Shown here: positions 13,001 to 26,550 of the stretch, one piece after another
Layout: each line of letters starts with the position of its first letter
Numbering within the stretch: position 1 is the stretch's first letter
From: the human T2T-CHM13v2.0 reference genome, Homo sapiens
NCBI RefSeq assembly: GCF_009914755.1
Contig: NC_060927.1
Reading direction: 5' to 3' (one strand)
Length of the DNA: 64,000 nucleotides
The notes under the pieces: generated by a model
Seen by the model: the letters and a program-made list of their open reading frames with translations, nothing else
Database searches by the model: none
What the model was told of the DNA's origin: nothing
Position numbers and translations under genes: made by a program

Positions 13001-16000
13001 CCAGCGCGTGGTTGCTGCCCCTTGTCCTCTAGCGTCACCATCAAGACTTTATTTGGCACAGACTGTCTCTGGGCCAGGCCCAGTCCAAGAGGACTTAAGA
13101 GGGACTCTGAGAATTGACTGTCCACAGAGAGTAACCGCTCCTGGAACATGTCCTGAGACAATTAGGTTTGTGTGCTGCTCTCTGCCCTGCAGACCCCCAG
13201 GGAGTCCCACCTTGCCACCCAGAGCTCCAGCCACTCACTTGCCGTGGGGCCGGCCCCTGCACCACTCGCCCTCGTAGGTGGCCTGGCAGAGCCGGCCCTC
13301 TGCCTGGAAGGTATATTCTGCGCAGCGGCAGTCGGGAGGCTGGGAGGGCTCCAGGCCAGCCCCCAGCACGGGGAAGTCCTTCTTCCCATGCAGGGCCTGG
13401 TGAACAGCCCAGGTCACCTTCCACTGCCAGACTGCCTGGTGGGAGGGGGAACATGGGGAAGGGGATCACTGCTGCTGGAGGCTTTCCCTCCAGGAAGCCT
13501 TCTGGGGTAGCTCCAGGTACCACCCCCTCCACCCTCCACCTCCTACTCCATTTTGTCACCTTGGGGACCCTTCAACTGCTTCTTGCTACTCTCTGGGCCC
13601 TCCACCCAACCTGAGATCCTCCTCTGCAGTTTCAGGGCCTGCCCAGAGGGGCCAAACAAGACCTCAGGGCAGGGATCAACACAGGACCCAATTCTGTCTT
13701 TAGAAAGAAAAATACCCTGTTCTTTTTGGCATTCTAATGCTTGACCCCGATTTACTCTGACCAGGTCCCCAGAAGCCTGCCAGACACTCGCCGGCACTCC
13801 TGTGGGGCCCTGCAGGGTTGCATACTTCTGCCCTCTTCCTACCCTGTCCTCTGACCCCGCTCCCGCAGTTCACAGCTCACCCACACTCACCTGGCCCTGG
13901 GAGTCCTTGGCACAAAAGGAGAACTCTTCTTCGGGCGTGAGGAGGTGAAACGTGCACCTAGACAGACGGAGGTGATGAGTAGGCCCCAGCTTTGTCCAGG
14001 AGGGTGGAGGGGCCCAAGCCAGAGTCCCAGGGTGTGGGCAGGTGTCATGGGGGTAAAGGGAAGAAGGCCTGGGGTGTCAGCCGAGGGGGTTGCTCACCCG
14101 TCCTGCCCAGGATCCACCCACACCAGCTTCAGATCAAAGGTGTGGACATTGTGGCCCTGGAAGAGGATGGACACAGGAGTCATCCAGAGCCCAGGCCAGA
14201 TGCTCACCTACCCTCTGGCCAAGGCTTGCCCCAAGCTCAACCTTGTGTGGCCACCAAGGCTATTCTGCCCAGCATGTCCAGGACTGAGTCCCTCTCCCCT
14301 CTGGCTTGCTCCCCACCTCAGGGACAGCTCCTCCATGTCCTTTCTACCCCAGAGCTTGGCCAGGAACTCAGAACCAGCCTCTAGCCCCCTGTGGCTACCA
14401 GAGTGGTCTACAAATGAAGCTGGGACCTGGTCAACCCCTGCTGGAAACCTCTCTATGGCTCCTACTGCCTGGGGGTTGAGACACTGCTGAGCCTAACATT
14501 TAAGACCTCACAGACCACTACTACGCCATCAGGGCCACTCCACAATCACACCTTCATGAGCTTGCCCCAACCTCTCCTCACTGTGAACTTTTGCTCATAC
14601 TGTTCCTTCTACCTGGAATGCCATCCTGCTCTGACAGCCAGAAAAAAAGCCCCTTCCTATGGGAAGATTTTGTGTAGCAACTTCCTACCCGGCCCAGTCA
14701 GGCCAATCACTGCTCCATACCAGAATGGGGAGGACGTGGGAGGCCCAGGCCTGAGGGGTGAGGAGGAGCTTGCCAGCCGCAGGCCAGGGACAAGAGATGG
14801 CCCACCAGACACAACAGCATGTGCAAAGGTCCAGCGTCAGGAGAGGGCTAGCACAGGGAAGGGACAGTAGCTCATCAGTGTACCTGGAGTGGAGTGTGAA
14901 GTTGGGAGTGGAGGGGAATTCAAACTAAATCAGAACCAATCCCAAAATCAGGCTTCAGGGGACACAGGTCTAGGCTGGGCAGCAGCTTCCTGCCAGGCCC
15001 CGGCCACCTGTCTGCAAGGGGGTTCCAGGCCAACCTTCTAAGGGGTAGAGAAGACTGTGCTGTGGACCTCACCAGGACAACATGATTTCAGGATGGATGA
15101 ACCACAGTTGGTGACTGGCCATGTAACAATTCCCAGCCTCAGGCCTGGCTCCCTTCTGACTTCCACAATGCTGAAAGCCCAGGCACTGCTCCTGTAGGGT
15201 ACTTTTCTCTAGAAGCCTTCTCATCCAGCCCTCCTTAGTCACCCCTCAGTCACCCATGACTTTCTGTCTGGGGTTCCTCTCTCATTTGAGTACAATGGGA
15301 ACTAAGAGTTGTCTGGTGTCTACTGTAGAACAAACTCACTCACAATGACCCCCACATTCCCGATGGGAAAACGAAGGTGAAGACATGTAACCAAGGACAC
15401 CAGCTGGGAAGGGCTGAAGCCGGGACAAACCCTGGACAGCCTTTCCCCTCAGCCCATGCTCCTCTGGGGACAGCTCCAGTGGACCGCCCCTCCCCAACAC
15501 AACGCCTTTCTATCCCTGACCATCCCTCCCAGCCCACTTTCTCAGTCCCAGCAGCATGCCCCTTTACTGCTCCTTTTCCAGCCAGACCCCAGAACCCTAC
15601 TGTGGCCTCAAGACCTTGGGTCAGCCCCACCCCAACCTGCAGCAGGACGAGGGCATCATCAAAGAGCAGCACACGCTCAGCCCGCAACGGTGCGACCGTC
15701 ACGGGTACGTCCTGGCTGTCCTGAAGGAGTCTGTGAGCAGGGGTGCAGAGCACATCCTGGTGGGGCAAAGAGGACAGTACAAGGCTTAGGCACCTCTGTC
15801 CTGCAAGCTGCCTGCCACTCTGCCACCTCCCAATGTACCCCAGACACCTCCCAGAGGCCCCCTCCAGTAGACCTGGAGCGGACCCTGGGTCAGAGATAGG
15901 CAGAAATGCACTGATTATACATTCCTGGCTCTCTTGAAGCTTCAGTGTCCCCTCCCACACCTCTGTGCCACGGCCCCAGCCATGCCCCTATCAGTCCTCT

Positions 16001-19000
16001 CCCAGTACTCGGCCACCCCTTCCTCCCTTCCACAATTCTCGTTCCTCTACCTAGTCTCCTAATTCTCCACACCAGGTCCAAACCTCAGGGCACAGGGGAC
16101 TCTCCTCCCTGCAGGGGCAGTCCATGCCATGGTGGGCAGTGACGCAAGGGTGTGATCGGTGATATCCCCAGGGGAGAGGACTGGTTCTGCTGATTGCCTC
16201 TTCCCTAGGCCGGGTCAGGGCCTGGCCCAGGACGTGCTCAGCAGACAGATAAGAATGGCTGGACAGAGGGACCTTACAGCCACCTGCTTCAGCCATCACT
16301 CCCCCTTCCATATAGGGAAACTGAGGCCCAGAGAATACAGCAAGCAGCTCAAGCCCCCCAACATCTCCATGCCCAATGTGGAACCCCCTCCCTAACTGCC
16401 CCTCAGGCCCCCAACTCACCCTCAGCCGGCCTCTCAGGGTGTGCCAGAGAGCCTGTGTGGCCACAGCCTGGTCCAACTCCTGCTTCATGAAGGACTGCAG
16501 GTTCCCAAAGAGGGTGACTGCGTTCACCACCAGCTCCCGGGTTGGGTGATGCTGAAGGGGGACAGGGCAGCCAGTGAGAGGAGAGCTTACTGGAATCTTC
16601 CCTAGCCCAGTCCTGGTCCCGGCTGGTGGGGAGGCCTGAATCTAGGCCAGACCTTGCCCTTCTCTCCCTGACAGCTCCTCTTCTGCTGGTGGGGCAGGGG
16701 GTGGAATATGAAGGTGCTTCCCCAGCTTGGCCCTGGGCCCACGTGTCCTCATTCCCAGGACGTGATTCTACCCCTGCTCTCTGGGTCTCTGCTGGCTCTA
16801 CCAGGGCAGGGCCACGTGCCTCAGACACCGCAGGGAAGGGCAGTGCTTTCACCCACTAAGATTCCCTAGGACAGAACCATGTCTTCGGACCCCCTCCTCA
16901 GGGCTGGGCCACGTCCCCCATGTCCCCTGAAAACCACAGGACAGGCCTGTGACTTCCTCAACCCTCTCCCACCTGCCGGCATGGCTGAGTCCTTCTTGTA
17001 CTAGGGTTCCTGAGTATAGGCTGAGCCCCCTGAGTCTGGGCCCTATCCCTCCCTTCCCTCGGCTTCCCCACATGCTGCTGCCCCTGGTACCCACCTCCCC
17101 AATGGTGTCCCCGAGGCTCAGCAGGAGGAGCACGTACTGTTGCACGTGATGGGCGAGTGGCTGGTGGAGGGCCTGGCCCAGCGATGCGCCCACCGAGCCC
17201 TCTGAGCTCACACCTGAAAGCAGCTGCCGCAGCGCCTTCCGCTGGCCCCGCCAGTACTCGCTGCGTGTAGAGAGGGCCACGCACCACCTTCACCCCTTCC
17301 TCCATTCCTGCACCCACACCGCCACCTCCCTGCCCCAGCTAATCCCCTCAGATCCCAGGGCCAGCCCCAGGCCCAAAACCTCTACCCTATCAGATCAACA
17401 CAGTACCTGAGTTGCCCTCACAGGTTTAAGAGCAATATCTCAGAGTATGAAGGGATTGCTGATCACAACCATCCACCCTGAAGGGATTCCCCTCCTTCCC
17501 CGCCCCAAGGCCAGCCCAGCTAGAGCGGGTCTGGATTCTGTTCCTGGCCTCACTGGGCCTTCCCTGTTTCTCTTCCAGTGTGGATCAGTGCAGATTTGTA
17601 GAGCCAGGAGTCCTCCAGGATGAGTTGTGGGCTGTGACACCTGCTGCTCTGGGGAGGGGGCTTCCCCGACCCCACCCTCACTCAGGCACTCCCACCCTGT
17701 CAGGGGCCAGTGCACCAGCCCTGTGCTCACCTTCTCCTCTTTGCTGCCTTCTGGAAGGCCTGCACCACCATGCAGCTTGTGTAGGACTCAATGTACCTGC
17801 AGGCAGCACAGGGGACACCCTGCAAACCCAGTCCTCAGCCCCAGACCTAAGCCCCTGGTCCCTGGGATCCCCAGATCCCACCCACTAGTCAGCTGCAGCC
17901 CTGAGGGCCCACACAGTGGCCTGGCTCTGGGCACTGGAGACCTCAACTCCTGGGCCAACAAGACAATTCTAACATACAGTCTGTCTTCCCTGAGAGGCCC
18001 CAAGCCTCAGGTCTGGAGTGTCTGAGCCTGCTGTCAGGCGAATACCCAAGCCCAGGTGAGGCTGAACCCAGGTGAGCACCAACCATGGACTGAGCCCAAA
18101 CCTTTGCTTGAACCCTGACCCATGTGAGCCCCAACCCCAGGTGAACCTTAATGCCAGGTGTCACTCTGACACCAGGGATGAGCCCCAGCCCCACCTCCAG
18201 TGGTCTTACTCTATGTGGGCCTGCAGTACACGGTCAGCACCTCGCAGCAGCAGCAGGGACTCCAGACCGGTGGAGTCCGGGTAACGCAGCCTCTCCTGCA
18301 GTGAGTGCAGGCTTTCCTCCGTCACCTCCCAGAGTTGCTGGGAGCTCTTGTGCAGCTGTTGCAAGAGCCGCAGGCACTCTCTGCCCCAGGGATCCGAGGG
18401 ATCTGGGGCTGGGGAAGGAGTACAGTCACACTGTGAGTAGAGGACGTGGGCTCCATCTCCCAGGGAACATGCACAGGCCCCAGGTGTTCACATGAGAGCC
18501 ACCAGCACCGGCCAGCCCTGGAGCTGCAGCAGGGTCTGCATCCCTGGGATCCGCAGGACAGAATTGGTGAACCCTAGAGCTGAGCAGGGGAAGGGCAGGC
18601 TGGAGCAGTGGGCAGTATCCTCGAGGAGGAAACAGGAGACACACCCACTCCTCACTAAACAGGGACAACCCTGACAGCCTCAGGGAACTAAGTACATACA
18701 CGAATTCCCCCCTGGCTCTGGGCCTCCTCATCCTGGACTACTCAGATCCAGAATGTGAAGTCCACAGGGTCACACAGTCCTCTGCCATTTCACAGATGCA
18801 CAGAGGCACCTGTCCAAGGCCTCACAGGTGAGAATTAAACTGGAAGTAAAACCTAGGCATCCTGTTCCAGTCAGTCTTGTTCCCCTCCCGGCACCATCAG
18901 GTGCCCTAGGTGGGAGCAAGATGAAAATTCAAGCAAAGGGCAGTTTCCAGTTTTTTACCCTGGGAAAGGAGGAATTCCATCTCTTTGTACAGCCTGGTCT

Positions 19001-19554
19001 GGGCTACAGGTAGGTTCATGGCCTGGCCCCTCAGCGTTCCTTTAAAAAAGGAGCAGTCAGACTTGGCGCAGTGGCTCATGCCTATAATCCCAGCAATTTG
19101 AGAGGCTGAGGCGGGCAGATCATTTGAGGTCAAGACTTTGAGACCAGCCTGGCCAACATGGTAAAACCCCTGTCTCCACTAAAAATATGAAAATTAGCCA
19201 GGCGTGGTGGCAGGCACCTGTAATCCCAGCTACTCAGAAGGCTGAGGCACAAGAATCGCTTGAACCTGGGAGGCAGAGGTTGCAGTGAGCCAAGATCGCA
19301 CCACCTGCATCAGAAGATGCTGATACCAGGTGTCACCACTCCTATTTGAGGTTGAGAAAGCTGTGGCTCAGCAAGTCCAACAAGGTAGGTCTCCTGTCCC
19401 TGGGATCATTCCTCGGTGCCCTTCCCTCCCCACTAGAAAGCCTAGACTCACCGGCTGGGAGCAGGGGCTGGAGGACAAGGCTGTTGACATGGGCGAGGGT
19501 GGCTGAGAAGACCTCCTCCAGCCGCAGCAGAGCTGCCTCCTCAGGGTTGCACAT
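1092..19554 (-). CDS. ALS2CL: ALS2 C-terminal-like protein (DH/PH-like N-terminus, MORN repeats, C-terminal VPS9 Rab5-GEF domain), 25 coding exons, 953 aa
   Basis: Coding exons in transcript order, all GT-AG and phase-consistent: 19452-19554, 18210-18408, 17731-17796, 17095-17260, 16420-16551, 15637-15756, 14098-14156, 13891-13957, 13239-13435, 12138-12203, 11609-11707, 11355-11516, 10539-10650, 9319-9396, 8368-8498, 6957-7130, 6750-6846, 6353-6510, 5726-5794, 4674-4847, 3447-3489, 2248-2309, 1992-2141, 1596-1692, 1092-1172. Sum 2862 nt = 953 aa + TAG. Starts [16 protein letters not shown] and ends [12 protein letters not shown]-type motifs include [28 protein letters not shown] and [14 protein letters not shown]; VPS9 motif [14 protein letters not shown]. 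Confidence 0.98.
2612..2772. mobile_element. MER5A-like hAT-Charlie DNA transposon remnant
   Basis: gtggttctcaaa-like and tttgagaac termini with internal ttctgactcggtaggtctgaggtgg...tttcctaacaggttcccagatgat. Confidence 0.7.
2821..3140 (+). mobile_element. Alu (S-type) with (AAAT)n tail
   Basis: GGCCAAGCGCAGTGGCTCACGCCTGTAATCCCA...GAGGTTGCAGTGAGCTGAGATCGCACCACTGCACTC... Confidence 0.95.
19061..19305 (+). mobile_element. Alu, 3'-truncated (no poly-A tail)
   Basis: Alu consensus up to GCCAAGATCGCACCAC, then non-Alu sequence. Confidence 0.9.
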
Positions 19555-21531
19555 GGCCAGGTGCCGGACTCAGGGCCTCCTAGGTAGGGCACAGGTTACA
19601 GCTAGATAGCACAGACAGGAGCAAGGCCAGTGCCCATCCTCTCAGGCAGGGTGCCCAGAAGCAAGGTCCATGACCACCCACATCAGAACTGAGCAGTGAG
19701 CCCAGATCGCCTCAAAGGGGAGTTCCTGGACTGGCCACTGACCTCTGCCCTGCTCCCTGCCTAGGCCCAGCTGAGGGGTCCCTGAAGGAGAGAGAGAGCT
19801 CAGAGCTGCCAAGGGAAGCAACCCTTTCTTCCCCAAAGGGTAGATGTTCTTTAAGCCCAGTTTGGCCTGCTCATTCCTCTGCTCAAATATCCACCATGGA
19901 TCCCAAGTGCCCAGGATAGTATTAGTAGTGCCCTGGTCTTAGCCTCCTTTCCATCAAGTCTCCCTTCAGGGATTCTGCAGTCTCTATAAACAGGGTCATA
20001 CTGTCAGAGGATCCCAGCCCTGTCCTCTAGCCCATGGTTCGGGACTCCCTGTCACCCAACCAGGCTGTGTAAGCAAGGAGAGTTTTGGAGGTATGGGGGA
20101 GTCCGGAGGCCTCCTGCTAGAGCCACGAATGATGGGCAAGAAATGAAAAGGAAGACAGGACCCAGCAGGCAAGTGGAGGAACCCTGAGAGTAAAGGCTCA
20201 TGGGTGTGAGGGCCCAGCCTCTGAGGGCAGCCCACCAAGCAGCACCCCAAAGGACCACAGCTTCACTGTGCCTCAGTCGGCCGTGGACAGCCATGGAGGA
20301 CTTTAGAGCAAGGTAATGATGGGATCCAAAGTCACATTTGGGGAAATAAATGTATGACAGTTGTAGAGGAGATAGTGCCAGGCAGTGAGAGAGAGTTCAA
20401 TGTGGATGGGAGCCTGGACCCTCCATGGTCCCCTAACCAGACAGAGGGATCACTGATCACAACCATCCACCCTGAAGGGGTGCCTGCTGGATGGGTGGGG
20501 GCCCTTGGGGTGGGCAGGTGGGCTTGAGCCTTGAGATTTCCTGCCCTGGAGTGAGGGACCTTCCAATCAGGCAGGAATCACCTGGGAATGCAGTGTCCTG
20601 CCTAAAGGGAGGGGTGAAGAGAGGCCTGGGCTCAAACCTACCCCCACAGCCAGGCTACAGGCTCTACTCCAACAAAGCCCTCCCCTACCAGACCCTGGTA
20701 CCCTCACTTGGCAATGTTCATCTGCCCAAATGACCTGATCAGGTATCTGGGGCGGAGAGTTAGAGGGTCTTTTAGCCCAAGACCCGCAGACTGTCTCTCT
20801 CCTTGTCTCTGACACGCTGAGGCTTTGGAGTTAGCCAACCTGTGTGGGGCAGGGGACAAAATCAGGGCAGCCAACGATGGGCAGGTGACACAGGCAGACC
20901 CAAAAGGGTGAGTGGGAAGGGGTCTCAGCCCTCCCCTCTCCACCCTGCCCCGAGAGTGCCATGCGGGCATCCCAGGCCCCTGGCAGAGCCTACAACTCCC
21001 AGGGAATTGGCTCTGGAATGGAGTGGGGCGGGTCCCTCAGAGCTCTGGCCAAAGGCCCGGGCCAGGCATTCCTGCCCCACCTTTCCTGCTACTGCTGCTT
21101 CGAGAGGGTGAGGCTGCAGAGAGAGAGGCAGGAAGGGGAAGCCACCAGACACCCAGCTGCAGCTTCTGTGCTGCAGCTTCTTCTCCCTCTGTGGGCCCCT
21201 GAGGCAGACCCAGGCCCCCAGGACACAGGGGGCTCCAGGTCAGCTCAGGCAGACAAGGAAAGCCCAGCCAAGGGAATAGGGGTGCAGCCAGGCCCACCTA
21301 ACTCTCACCCGTATCTCCCGAAACTGCTGGAATGGAAAGGCGCTTTGGGGGTGACCTTTTCACTCTCAGCTGGCAGTCAGCTGGGGTCTAAGCTAAGAGG
21401 TGAGGATATCCAAGCCTGGTTGGGAAGGTAGAAGAAAGGGTGAGGCTAGGATAGGAGATGCAGACTAGGAACCAGATCAGTGCACGTTGAAAAGATACTG
21501 CAGTAAATAACTCGCTGCTAGGAAGACTTGA

Positions 21532-21999
<468 letters not shown>

Positions 22000-23369
22000 T
22001 AAGTCTCCCCTCAAAAGGACAAACAGGTGGAAGGGGGCTTCTCTGGGTGTGGGGATCTGGTCCTTAGACTCCCCACCCCACAAAGCAGCCTATGACTCCG
22101 GGGGTGAGTCCTCCAGACTCAAGTTGGCAACTGTTAATCTGGGAGTCTTCCACATCTGTGGCCCCAAAGGGATCTATAACCCTGGGAAACTGAGTCACAC
22201 CACCCAGAGGAATGGGCAGAAGTTAAGCATGGCTGGTGAGGCAGTGGGTTGGGGGAAGGCCGCAGTGGAAGCTGGGATTCTGGTTAGGTGACCCTGAGGG
22301 ACCCAGCTCCCAGGCTAGGGAGTCTGGGGCTTCATCCTGGAAGTGATGAGGAGAGTGTAAGTGCAGGGGTGAGGCAGCGTGAATGTGCATGAGTGTGCAC
22401 GTTTGCAGGGCAGGAGGAGGAGGTGCTGAACCTTAATATGAGGAGGATCCTGCAGGAGTACCCCCCTCCCCAACCCCTGTCCCATCCCTAACCTTCCCCC
22501 TTCCAGTCAAGGGCATAGCTTCCTCACCCTCTCCCTCCCTCCAGTTCAAAGGTTCCTTAGTGACAGGCTGTGCCTAATGTACAGATGGGGAAACTGAGGC
22601 CCAGGAACAATGGGAGGGTCCAGAGACCCTTGTGTAGAACTTGTGCAGGGCTCAGACCCAGACTTCTGGCTCCAGCCCACCAGGTTCACCTAGCTAGATG
22701 GCTCAGAGAGGGTGGGCAACTCACCTGAGGCACAGAGCAAGATCCTGACGGGCCCTGCCTCACAGCTGTCCTCAGGCAGCCCTGATGCTCACCACGGGGT
22801 GCGGTGGGGTGGGGCAGGGTGAGGACAGAACTGGCCAGTCACGGCGTGCCCAGGTGAGTCAGCGGCTGCCCCTGTGGCGCTCTAACCAGTAGCCAGACCT
22901 GGTCTCTCCTCTGCATTCCTGGCCTCTGTCCACGCTAGGTCCCTCCCGGGCAGGGTCACTGGGGCCTTCCCTGTCCTCTCCCAGGCCTGGCTCCTTAGGC
23001 CCCTGACACACCTTGTCGTGACACTCACTCACTCTGGTATTTCCTGGTCTGAACAGGCAGGGAAATTCTGCCTGCTGTGGAGGCTTTTTCATGGGCTGCC
23101 GTGGCAGCCCCTTCGTTGTCTGGTGCCCAGTGGGGGAGAGTAGAGACACGCACTGCCCCAGGGAGGGGGCGCTGAACTGTCACACCTGATCCCTCAGTCT
23201 CATGCTCGCCTCTCCCCGCTGCACCCTTCCTCGGCCCCACCATGGCTACAAGCCTCTTGTCCTAGACAAGCACCCCTCCCTGCTGTCGCATATGTCCCAG
23301 CTTCCCTTCCTCTCCCTGCCCAGGCACACACTCAGTCGCTGGAGTTTCCCAGACCCGAGCTCCTGTTCC

Positions 23370-24420
23370 GGCCGCCAGGCATTTGCCATGCCGCTCCCAT
23401 GCGAAAAGGCCACCTCCTGGAATCCCGGGTCGGGCCCTTCCGCCCTAACCAGCCGGCGTCACCTCCTCCTGGCAGTCTCTCCTGCTGGCTGGGGCCCCGT
23501 GGCCCTGCCACCACGGCTCAGGTCAGGCCCGGGGCGCTGCCCCGAACCCAAGCAGGCTAGCAGCCAGGCAGGGAGGACGACGCTGTGAGCGGGGTATCTT
23601 ACGAGGGACTCGGACGGCCGGGGGATGACTGCCGCCGGGACCAAGGAGCTGGGCGGGGACCGCAGCAGCCGAGGAGGCGGGAGCCCCCACCTGGACGAGC
23701 TAAGCGTGGAGCGCAGACACCGGTCCGCAGACGCGCGCCCTTCGTCGCGCCCTTACCTGAGCGCTGTGGTTGCCCCGCGCCGGGACTGCCTGTGCGGCTC
23801 CTCGCTCGCACCCCCACCCTGCCCCCTGCCAGTCCCGCCCCCTGCCAGCCCCGCCCCCTTCGCCCAGCCCCGCCCCGCCCCGCCTCCGGGTGTTGCTCTG
23901 GAGTTGCGGGGGCCACGGGCGGGCCACCGAGGAGCTGGCGCGCGGTATTGATCCGTCCCGCCGCCCCAAGCCTCTCCTGAGGCCTCCCTCTGGCGTCCCC
24001 CGGGATCCGGAGGCCCCTGGGACCCGGCGCGGGGAGGAAAAGTGGGAGTCTTGACCCCTCCGCCCCCTACGCACCCACGCGCACACTCAGGCTCGCCTCT
24101 CGCGCCCCGCTTCCCCTGCAAGGCTCCGAGGCCGCCGTGCCACCACCTCGCCCCGCCAGTCAGTCGCTCTGCGAGCCTGTGGTGCAGCCCCGTGACCTCC
24201 CGGGTCTGCCCTGAGTCACAGAAGCCAGCACACGCGGAGCGCTGTGTGGGTTCGTGGAACTTGGAGCCTGTAGAGGGGTATACTGAGGCGCCCTGCGGCC
24301 CCCTGGGCTGGGTGTCCACGGCCGGCCGCCCCTCCTGTGCGACCTTGGGGAAGTCCCCTTTCCTCCCCACTCCTGAGTCTCAACAGGCCTAGTAGAGCAT
24401 GAAGCCGGCCGCGTGTGCTT
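23370..24420. promoter_or_regulatory. CpG island / ALS2CL promoter with tandem Sp1/KLF GC boxes
   Basis: Dense CpG; repeated CCCCGCCCC/CCCGCCCC at about 23833-23885. Confidence 0.88.
23757..23810 (-). other. ALS2CL: Probable non-coding first exon of ALS2CL (TSS approximate)
   Basis: Consensus donor CAG|GTAAG on the minus strand (cttac at 23752-23756) inside the CpG island, with GC boxes just upstream. The ATG-containing exon has its own acceptor at 19580-19581, so a 5' non-coding exon is needed. Confidence 0.7.
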
Positions 24421-26179
24421 TGTGCGAAGGCCTGAGACCTTGGAAAGGGTGGCTGAAGACTTATCTGGGACAGACCCCCCGGGAGCGGGAGGGAACTTAG
24501 TTCAAACCTGTAACAAAGAAGCCCCCCGTCAGCAGCCTGATTCCCCCTCTGGCCACCAGGTTAGTCACCCATTGCTCTCAGTGGCACTCAGGTTCCAGTG
24601 AGGGGGAGGCTCAGGGTCCAAGGCGGCCGTGGAAGAGCAGAAAGGGTGGCCCACCAGCCCCCTACTCAGCCCCCTACTGAGGAGGTGGGAGGCATCCCCC
24701 AACCTGCCAGGCTGAAGAGACCCCCAGTGGAGGTAAGTAGGGGCCTGGGGCCTGCCAAGCTCATCCCCTGGCTCCCTTGGGTTGTTGCGAGGTGGGAGTT
24801 TACTGTCTGCCAAGCTGCACATCACCCCTTGGAGGGTTTCCAGCCTGGGACCCTTGTCTGAGTGACTGCAGGTCCCAGTGACCTCACCCTTTTGCCCCAC
24901 ATTGCTCTCCTCCTGGGTCCCAATCCTGCAGAGCCGCCCCTTCCTGCTTCTCCATCCCTCCCCACATTGCCAAAGCCCGCCCTAGCTCTGGCCTCCCCTT
25001 TTCCAGCCTTGTTTTCTTGCCCCCTTCTGCACCCCCTGCTGCCTGAGGGGCTCCACTCCCAAAGGCCTTGCTCCTCTGGTCCCTGCCTGCTAGAGGTGTT
25101 GCTGTGTTGGTGGGTGGGGGCTACCTCAAGGAGGCTTCTGGTGAGGTGTCCCTCTGGCCCTCTGGGAAAGCCTCCCCTCCCCATGCCCTCCACCCCCAGG
25201 CTCCGGACCTTGGCCCCCACTCCCCTTCACAGCCCTGTTGGCCTGCGGGACTGTCTGCTGGGGCACTTGGCTCCCTGAGTCTACAGCACAGCCTGGCAGA
25301 GCCACCGCCCCAGCAGGTGGAATGAACTGAGGCTTCAGGTTCTAAACAGGCCTCCAAGGTCTTCCCTGTGGGGATCCTTTGTGCCTGTGGGGCAGTGGGA
25401 GGTAGCGGTACATTCTGGAAGAGCTGGTATGGGGCCTTGTGCTGCTTTCCTCTTGCTGTGTGATCACAGGCAGTGTGTGGCCTCTCTGTAACGTAGTGCC
25501 CCTGCTGGTGAAATATCTTACCTGCGCCTCCTTCTCGGGGTTATGTGGGACTCTGAGAGGAGGGGTATGGTGGGTTCAAGGGGCTCCTTCAGGGATGAGC
25601 ACGGTTTAGAGGATCTATGGGTCCCCTAGAGCATGGGTGTGGGCCACCAGGCATCCCTGGGGCTTAGGAGGGAGGCAAGGGCTGGAGAGTGGCCATGGCC
25701 TCAGGAGGAGCATATGGCCTCACCACTTGTGACGAACAGGGACAGGTGGGGCAAGGCCCCGAGCAGGACAGATCTGATCTTATGCTAGGTGTCTCTGGGC
25801 CTCACTTTCATCATCTGCACGTGCAGCTGAGGGAAGGCAGTGCTGCCTGGGCTCGAGCAGGAAGGGAAGGGCTCCCACGGCTTCCTCCCTAGAGCACAGA
25901 CTTCCTGTTCAGCCACATCTAGGGGAATAGAAAGGCTGACTGAGCTCTGGGCAGCAGACCAGTCCTTCCCCCATTCCCTGGGTGACCTCATGGGCATTGC
26001 AAGCCCAGTTTTCCTATCTGCTAAATGGGGCAAGACCTGCCCAGCCTCTCTTACAGCTCATTCTTGGCTTGGGGCCAGGTAAGGCCTCTGGTAGTGCCCA
26101 AAGGACAGCCTCTGCTGAGTCCACCTGCCTTCAGTCCCCTGCAGCACAGCCAAGGGCCCCTAGCCAATCCCACCACAGA

Positions 26180-26550
26180 TGTGTATACCCACCCACACCA
26201 CTCCCACACCCGCTGCACACAGATACAATTCCACAGTCAGGGAATGGGTGGGTCCCTGTGCCACATGGACCCATCTACCATTGAACCCACTGGTAAGGAC
26301 TCCAAGTTGCACAACTCTAGTGGCAGCCCTGGGTATGCGTGTGCAGATCATGTGCCCATCCACAGGGACACAGACCTGCACACTACTCCAGGGAACACAC
26401 ACGTATGTGAATGGCACCTGTGATTCTGGAGCCATTGAGACTCATACCCAGCCACACACAAAGCTGCATGCAGAATGCACATGCACTCCCATGTGCACCA
26501 GTGCCTTAGTACACAAAGCACATGCTCAAGCACACGCAGGTCTGACACAG
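26180..26550. repeat. CA/TG-rich low-complexity tract
   Basis: Many cacac/catgca/gtgca units; not a pure microsatellite. Confidence 0.55.

Noticed and set aside
19302-19332. Small imperfect hairpin at the end of the truncated Alu
   Set aside because: Short stem, within chance expectation.
23585-24392. Several overlapping Gly/Arg/Pro-rich ORFs
   Set aside because: Stop-codon depletion in a CpG island.
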